Assembly (NCBI RefSeq): GCF_009914755.1 | Contig: NC_060927.1 | Reading direction: 5' to 3' (one strand) | Source: the human T2T-CHM13v2.0 reference genome, Homo sapiens | Length of the DNA: 64,000 nucleotides | Part shown: one piece after another, positions 55,879 to 64,000 of the stretch | How positions within the stretch are numbered: position 1 is the first letter of the stretch | How the letters are laid out: each line of letters begins with the position of its first letter | The notes under the pieces: generated by a model | What the model was told of the DNA's origin: nothing | What the model saw: only the letters and a program-made list of their open reading frames with translations | Databases searched by the model: none | Position numbers and translations under genes: made by a program

Positions 55879-56332
55879 ACCTTTGGTTATTCAAATCAAA
55901 GGTGAAATAGGACATTTTCAGACAAAAGTTGAAAAACTTTTCCTTGGTCTAACTGAGTCTTACTTTGACATATATCTTATAAAACCCAAACTGATAGCAC
56001 ACCAAAACAGATTTCTAGATGTCTGTCTCTGTATAACATTCTAGTCATTGGTATTCTGCTCTGCAATTCCAGCTGCCTTTGACTCTCTGAATTTTGATTC
56101 CTGTCTTCCAATCTCAGCAAAGTCACTGCATTCAGGCATCCCTACACAAGTCTCTAGTAAATGTTTCAAGGCAGAAAGCTGGTTTCATCAAACCACTCAC
56201 TTGACTAGTTTTCCTAACTGAGCTGAGACAATATCTTTAATCAAATAAAAACAGTAAGGGTAGAAATAGTAAGGTAAAAAAGAGGTTGGTGTTTTTACTT
56301 TCTCTATTTAGGTAAGCCAGTGGAACTGAATA

Positions 56333-56978
<646 letters not shown>

Positions 56979-57424
56979 TAAAGTTTCCTACTTGTTTACA
57001 TCAGTGTTAATGCTTTGCATATCTACAGAGCTAACCTACTGGGATATGAATGGGCACATTTGTTCCTTTTGTCCTGTAAAACTACCTAGATCTCTCCAAA
57101 CCAGCATAACTTAGTGTAGAATGACTTTTTTAAAAAAATCAAACTTTTTCAAAAATAAAATTTTATAACAGAAGCAATACTAATTACATATGCCTTTCTA
57201 GTGATAAAAATTTATACAATGAAGAGAGTATCTGTGAATTTGCACCAAGCAGTTGTAAGCACCACCTTTTTCACAGTTTAATGAACCAATTTGAACTAGT
57301 AGATAATTTTTATAGAATTGTATAAAAACGTTATCTGAACATCTGGAAATATTTTCAAAAAATTAACAAAAATTGACTTTTTTCTCTGCTTTGTGAAATA
57401 AGAAATGAATATGTGTCTACAGAT

Positions 57425-57610
57425 CAAAAACTACATCAGGCATTATTCTGGTGACCTCATAAGATTTCATTTAATCTTCATCAAAGCCCTTTGAGTTATA
57501 TACTATTATTTCTCCTTTCTATACAACTGAACTTAAGATAGAACAAGTTTATTGATTTCCCAAGATCTAACAGTGCTGGAATTTCAACCTAATTATTTTA
57601 CTCCAGAAAC
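57425..57610 (-). mobile_element. MIR SINE
   Basis: tcatttaatcttcatcaaagccctttgag...tactattatt...gtgctggaatttcaacc...actccaga. Confidence 0.65.
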
Positions 57611-58078
57611 TGTTTTTTTTCCCTAAGCATAATACTTTTTGATTATTACGTCTTACCATCTCCTAATTGCACACTACATGTTGTAATTATACATCCAAAA
57701 TTCTTACAAGTGCAGTGGGCAAGATATAACAGAAAATGCTTTTCTCCTTTTCTCCTTCCCTCTGAACTCCAAGTCACGTATGTGTATGACTAATATATAG
57801 ATACAGAATTTAATAGAATGGAAACAAAGGAAGGAAGACACGGTCTAGTGTCCACACATACCAGCAAAACAAAACAAAACACCAATTGTGATATTTGTTT
57901 CTGAAAAAATCTGTATTTTTCTGTTTTTTCACAATGCCTCCATTTTTCTCTCCCCTCTCTTCTATTCTCTCATGGCCCCATCTTCTTTCTTGCTCTCTTC
58001 TCTTGCCTCTTCCATTCCTGCAACTTTTAGCCTATGTTCAGTATCTACTAAGGTTTTCCAACATTTTTCTTCTTTTAG

Positions 58079-58438
58079 TGGATTAGTTCATTTTCACACT
58101 GCTAATAAAGACGTACTGGAGATTGAGTAATTTATAAAGAAAAGAGATTTAATGGACTCACAGCTCCACATGGCTGGGGAGGTCTCACAATCATGGCAGA
58201 AGGCAATGGAGGAGGAAGGCACGTCTTACACGGTGGCAGGCAAGAGAGAGCATATGCAGGGGAACTGCCCTTTATAGAACCATCAGATCTCATGAGACTT
58301 ATTCACTATCACGAGAACAACTTGGGAAAAATTTGCTCCCATGATTCAATTACCTCCCTCCAGGTCCCCTCATGATACATGGGGATTATTATAATTCAAA
58401 ATGAGATTTGGGTGGGTACACAGAGCCAAACCATATCA
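58079..58438 (-). mobile_element. THE1 (THE1B/C) MaLR solo LTR
   Basis: ttttcacactgctaataaagac...ccatcagatctcatgagacttattcactatc...acacagagccaaaccatatca; perfect TSD tttag. Confidence 0.96.
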
Positions 58439-58956
58439 TTTAGTCATCATCTTTGTTCCCTATAAAGTTAGGTACATGTCCTAAGAGGCCTAACAAAAGC
58501 AAGTTATCTCAATAATTCAAGTAAAAATATGTCATACAATCTGCTAAGAGAATATGTACTCTTTGTGTTATTGTACATGTGTATTTTTAATATAAAAGTT
58601 CAAATTTAACTGTCAATATAAGTTAAAATCAACAACAAAAAGTAAATATGAACTCTAATGCTTCCAAAGCAGTGCTACATAACAATTAAAATATATCTGA
58701 AATTTTGCACTTCATATATATTTTTTTCTTTTCTTCACTCTACTAGGTAGACAGGTACTAATACAATAAGAATAGTTGATAACAATGAAACAGTAATATC
58801 AGTGAAAATTAAGCCTAAATAACTCTTTTTAATACTCATAGGATATAATATAGTTGACATCATAGATTATTAATATTTTATAAGTATAAGGACACTTAGT
58901 CAATTCCTGAGATATAATTAAATGTAAAAAACAGAAATGATTTGGATTTACTGATG

Positions 58957-59250
58957 CAGACTGAGAATCCCTAACCCCAAAATCTAAAATCCAAAATGCT
59001 CCAAATTTTGCAACACATAAGTACTTAACACAAACTTTCTTTTATGCACAAAATCCTGACAAACTTTATGTAAAATTACCTTTGATCTATGGGTATAAAG
59101 TGTATATAAAACAATAATGAATTTTGTGTTTAGTCTTGAGTTCCATCCCCCAGATATTTCATTATGTATATACAAGTATTCCAAACACTGGAAAAATCAG
59201 AAATCCAAACTTCTGGTTCCAAGCATGTCAGATAAGGGGTATTTGACCTG
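58957..59250. mobile_element. Tigger4 (MER46/Zombi) DNA transposon
   Basis: TIR-like cagactgagaatcccta / taaggggtatttgacctg; aaatccaaaatgctccaaa, ttctggttccaagcat. Confidence 0.82.
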
Positions 59251-60716
59251 TGTGAATCCCAACAACAAATTGGTAATGCAATTATTTATCAATATTCTAA
59301 AGGATTTTCTTAAAACTTGTGAGTGATTTACATTCACACTTACCTTTGTGCTATAGCCTAAAATAATATAAAAATTGAAGAAATGATGTCAAAGTGCCAG
59401 AGCAGCTTTGATAGTCTACATGCTGTTACTTTATACTTAGTGAACATGACACAATAAAACAGTTGGTGTGTTTCACAATTGCAAGCCTTTCCCAGTCGTG
59501 TTACAGCATTTTACTTCATGTGTGCATGTATGAGTGTGCATATGTGCATTTATGGTTGTTATACTCCTTTTTTAAATCAAAAATACAAACATTTGATTTA
59601 GAAAATAAAATAGTAAAATCCCCAAGCAATTTGACCCTGATGAGTTAAAACTGAATTAGTTATATAAGAATAAATATAACATTTTTGGGGGGACATGCAA
59701 TAATTGATATAACATTTCAGAATTATTTCTTGAATCATGATAAGTTTTTAAGTGAGCGAAGGCACAGATAATTCAAATAATTATGTCAAAGTAACTTCTA
59801 TTAGGGCCTTGAGAGGTCTAAAAGTTATTATAAGGAAAGTGTTTTAATGATCAAAGAAACAAACGTTAGAATTTGGAAAATAACCTGAATTATCCCTAAG
59901 TTTGTCACTGTAGCGTAGAAGTAATACAGAAAAGAAGCCCCTACAAACTATTTTAATAGGAGTTACTGAAGAAATTAAAATGTTTAGCATTGGGAATAAC
60001 CTAATTTGCTCACTATTTTCCAGAGTTTCTAGGACAATAAGCTCATTACAGCTGAAAGGCCAACTGAAGGATTTTTTTTTTTTAATGAGAAGACTGTACT
60101 TGTCATGACTGGAATAATTGGTAGCATTTTATTTAGAAACATTTTTTAAAGTAAAACACAATAATAATTCGGCTATATTGCTCTAAAATCTACACTAAAA
60201 TTAAGCATTTAGTTATATGGCATTATATACCTTTTAATCTTAGGAGAAATAATAATATAAAAATTCTCTTAAGAGTAAAATTGCCATTAACCAAGATTAA
60301 TAATAGAGATAAAAGTATTAAATGCTAATTTACAGAAGACCTATGAGACTTTCAATACACAGATAGCTAATGCCAGAATGTTTTAATAACTTTTTAATTG
60401 TGTGTTAATTATTTATTCATTAAATTGTTTATTCTAGTACTTCATCCAGAGTCTCTGGTGGTCCTGGATGAAGAAATTTAAGCCCTTCCTTGCTTGTAAA
60501 CAACCAAGTAGGCATTTTTATTGCATTTAAATTAGTTGTGATGGGAAAACGTGTGAGAACAGGCATGGAACTCTGTCAGACTTCATGAACTTTCACTTAC
60601 CCCTGAATCATAAATCTCAACATTTAAATGTTAGCTCTAAAATTAATATGATTATGTTGACATCATTTTTGGACCCTAACTAGATTATATGAATTTATAG
60701 TAAATGTATGTCATAG

Positions 60717-60887
60717 AGCTGGGCATGGTGATGCACACCTATTGTCCCAGCTACTCAAGAATGGTGAAGCAGGAGGATCACTTGAGCCCAGGAGTCCTGG
60801 GTTGTAATGCACAATGATCACACGTAAATAGCCATTGCATTCTGGGCTGAGCAACATAGTAAGACCCTGTTTATAAAAATAAATACA
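60717..60887 (+). mobile_element. FAM (fossil Alu monomer), 7SL-derived SINE
   Basis: Monomer with ggatcacttgagcccaggag...gtaatgcacaatgatcac..gtaaatagccattgca...gcaacatagtaagaccc; TSD taaatgtat[g/a]tca at 60701-60713 and 60888-60900. Confidence 0.85.
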
Positions 60888-61019
60888 TAAATGTATATCA
60901 CTGGAAGATCAGGACATATTATTTATAATCAGAATTTTCTATTACATGGAACCATAACTAAGCAAACAATATATCCTTTCTTTTACAATTACTTATGAGT
61001 CAAGGATATGGACTAATAC

Positions 61020-62005
61020 AACATGATCTCTTTCCTTGATGTGATCATGATCTAGTGGAAGATACAGTGGTGAAAACAAAGTACTAAAATATGATGAGAT
61101 AACGGTAGAATATTGTGAATTTACAAAGGAGAAGGCAGAGTTTGGACATTAATATTCAAACTAGCTTTTGAAGGATCACCAGGATTTAACCAAATTAAAG
61201 AAGTTATTCCCAAGGAAATGCCCAACAGCTTTAGAAGATGTTTTAGGAGCAGCAAGATTAAAGGGAATAGAGTATAGGGACATATATACAGAGAAGAAGA
61301 TAAAACTGAATGTAAGTGTGCATTTCACTAGTAAATAGTACTTTTCATCAATGTTAAATTTTTTATTTTGTTTCATAGATAGCAAACTATGACTCTCAGT
61401 TTGTTATCTGCAAAATAAAATTTTAAAATATATTGCAAAAAGTTGATAAATTGTATTTTCCCTTTGCAAAAATAATTCTGGTATCAAAGGAAAATATGGA
61501 TGAAAATGCTGATTTCCTTGAGGGTAAGGAGAACAGAGAGAATAGATAAACACTATAGATAAGAGATAGTTAAGGTCTGAGCAAGGAAATGGCAATGGGG
61601 TTGAAAAGCAGCAGGGCAATTTTAGGAAACTCTGCTGAGGTTGTTAACTGATTCTATGTGGGTGCAAAGTGGATAAATTGCCAAGTATAATTCTTAAGTT
61701 TTTAGCTTGGGGTTATAATGAAGCTATTAACTAACATGAGGGATTACACAGAAGTGGAATTAATTTTAATCGTGCTGGAGGTGCTTGCTTTTTTGTGTCC
61801 TAATATATCCCAGGACTTAGATGTGCCTTTTCTTTTCCATTGGATCCTATTACACTGGAAGCACTGGGTGGGCAGCACTAGAATTCTAACAAGGACTTTC
61901 ACTAGTTTTTGTAGTCAAAAAAGTCCACTGGGTCATGTACAATTTACAGAATGGGGAAAGGTAGTATAAAAAGATCTGAGATTTAGATTTTTGACAAACT
62001 TGTGA
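61020..62005 (-). mobile_element. Scattered L2 fragments
   Basis: atctagtggaagataca, ttcttaagtttttagcttgggg, atctgagatttagatttttgaca. Confidence 0.45.
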
Positions 62006-63806
62006 AATTACCTAACCTCAAGTTTCATAGGGAAGTTAAATTTTCAGTATATCAATTTACATCTGTAAAAGTAGAAAGTCAATTCCAAAGAAGTTTTTCA
62101 GTCATGCAAAAAAATCAGGAAACATTCAATGTAAGTGTATACGCAAGGGTCCAGAGATCAGGAGCTCATAGGAGGCAACGAGAAAAGCACATGCCCGTAA
62201 GGTGAATGCCAATTACCTGGTAAGTATGTTTGATCTTTGTACTGTGTGATGGTGCACTCAGCACCCAGCAGAGGTGATCATGCACTTTAGAATATCGTTA
62301 TGCTTGTCACTATACACTGTGACTTTAATAAGTTATGTAGGAACTATGAAAGAAAATATTTCTTAAATGGATTATTTAGTTATCAGGGAATAGAATACAA
62401 ATACTTGTAGGATCATAAACTTCAGAAAATAATTTCAATTTGTATCAATTAGATGACAGCAACCTACATAGCTCATCAATTATTGAATAAAGTAACTTTT
62501 GAGAATATATAAAGTATAAAAATTCATTTAAGTAATTGCTAATACAATTTAATTTCAAAATAATTGTCATTAAAATATATTTATTTACTATCAACTTTTT
62601 TTGTGTTTTAAGCGTTTTATATTATTGCAGAAAACAAATTATATGTTAAGAACAGATTTTACAAAAAAACGTTTTTAGATATTGTCAATTAGGTTGAGAT
62701 GCTAACCCCAAATTTTGTGGAACTGAGGCATTCATTAAAAAAATTACAATGAACTTAGGTTATTTTTTAGATTACAAGTGTTTATTAAAGTATTTTGTTC
62801 TCCTACACACACACGTGTGCGTGTGCACACTCATGCACAAATACACATGCACACATTATGTAAGTATATAAGCAAGGTCCAAATGGAAGTTCTGAAAAAC
62901 AAAATTTTAAGGAGCCAGCTAATATTCATTTACTTTTGAATTTGCAGAATCTTTGTCAATGCTTTGGAAGCATTTATTTTTTCTCAAAATATCAGCCCTG
63001 GAAGAGCTCCAGATGTATGAACTAATATTCCACATAATTTTTTTATATAAAAGAACTAATTTTTTAATGCAAGGTGATTTATTTGGGAAAAGTACTTATT
63101 TTGACATTAAGAATAGTTCACTACAAAGGTGTGTGAGTTCAAGCCCATTCTGCATCTAGTCTCTTGGACATTGATGATTATTTCTTCTTTAAGCTGAAGA
63201 AGAAAAATAAAAATGAAAATTTTAATTTGATTGCTAAAAGATATTTACATTGAAAACTCTAGGAAAAGAGTAAGTTCTCCTTAAATGTTTGATTATAAAT
63301 GTAATCACATTCCTTGCAAACAGGAAACTTAAATTTCTAAAACGGTACTGCCATGAAAAAATGTCAACCTATAGATTTAAATATTTGTCTCACTACCAAC
63401 TTGGACATTGGAAAACTGACTCTATAACTTTTTGCTTTGTTTTGTTTTCTATTTGGCCAATAGAAAGAAAAGAAACCAACATCTAGAAGTGAAATATATT
63501 TATTTGTTTCTGATCACGGAGAATATAAAATTTTTGTAATAACTTCTAAGAATGTTTTGTTAGCAGTTTCATAACTTCGTTATTTACCACATCATTTTTA
63601 AACACTTTGGAGCTAAATGATTTTCTAAATGTCCATGAATACAGAAAACATCTCAGATAAGTGATTGGAGACATACTCTCTTTCCTGTAAGTCATTTCAG
63701 TGTTTTTTGAACAATTATATATTATTTTTATTTATTTCTTCAAGTAACAAAAAATTGTTTCTTATATTTGTGGTTGCATCACCATCAAGTATTACTTTGT
63801 ATGTAC

Positions 63807-63875
63807 TACAATTACTAGAATTACAATTACTAGAACTAATATTAGCTAATATATATTAGCTAATATATATTAGCT
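63807..63875. repeat. Short tandem duplications ending in a perfect 32-bp palindrome
   Basis: tacaattactagaa x2, then agctaatatatattagctaatatatattagct (63844-63875), which equals its own reverse complement. Confidence 0.92.
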
Positions 63876-64000
63876 TCCTATTCTGTGCCTAGGTCTTAAT
63901 TTATGAAGGTGACTGAATGACAACTGGGAGAGATCGATGCCATGAAAGTTTAACGTTACTGACATTCCCCCCAGAATCTCGAGGTGCAACACACCAGGCA

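Noticed and set aside
55440-55905. 145-aa and 85-aa ORFs
   Set aside because: Begin or end in the (CA)n repeat; no domain recognised.
62210-62230. Strong splice donor CTG|gtaagt
   Set aside because: No convincing paired acceptor; isolated donors are common by chance.

Overview
AT-rich, CpG-depleted primate (simian, human-like) genomic DNA, consistent with a gene desert or the interior of a very large intron. I recognise no protein-coding gene, rRNA, tRNA, CRISPR array or CpG island. The ORFs in the track are L1/Alu/LTR remnants, microsatellite artefacts or chance ORFs. Much of the window is interspersed repeats of many ages: AluS copies, a FAM monomer, L1PA/L1PB/L1MA/L1MC-ME fragments (including a 5'UTR-ORF1-endonuclease L1PB block), L2, MIR, L3/CR1, solo LTRs (THE1, MST, MLT1, MLT2, LTR16, LTR33, MER34-like) and DNA transposons (Tigger3a, Tigger4, MER47A, MER5). 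Subfamily names come from remembered consensus sequences, not a RepeatMasker run, and boundaries of ancient elements are approximate. I found no convincing new biological system. The most unusual signals are structural: two copies of nearby unique sequence embedded in (TA)-rich tracts (a 57-58 bp inverted copy and a 28-29 bp direct copy), a chimeric L1, a perfect 12-bp hairpin in an old LTR, a perfect 32-bp palindrome, a thrice-repeated AAGCACT-N5-ATTG motif with hairpins next to an L3 relic, and one candidate 170-nt exon.
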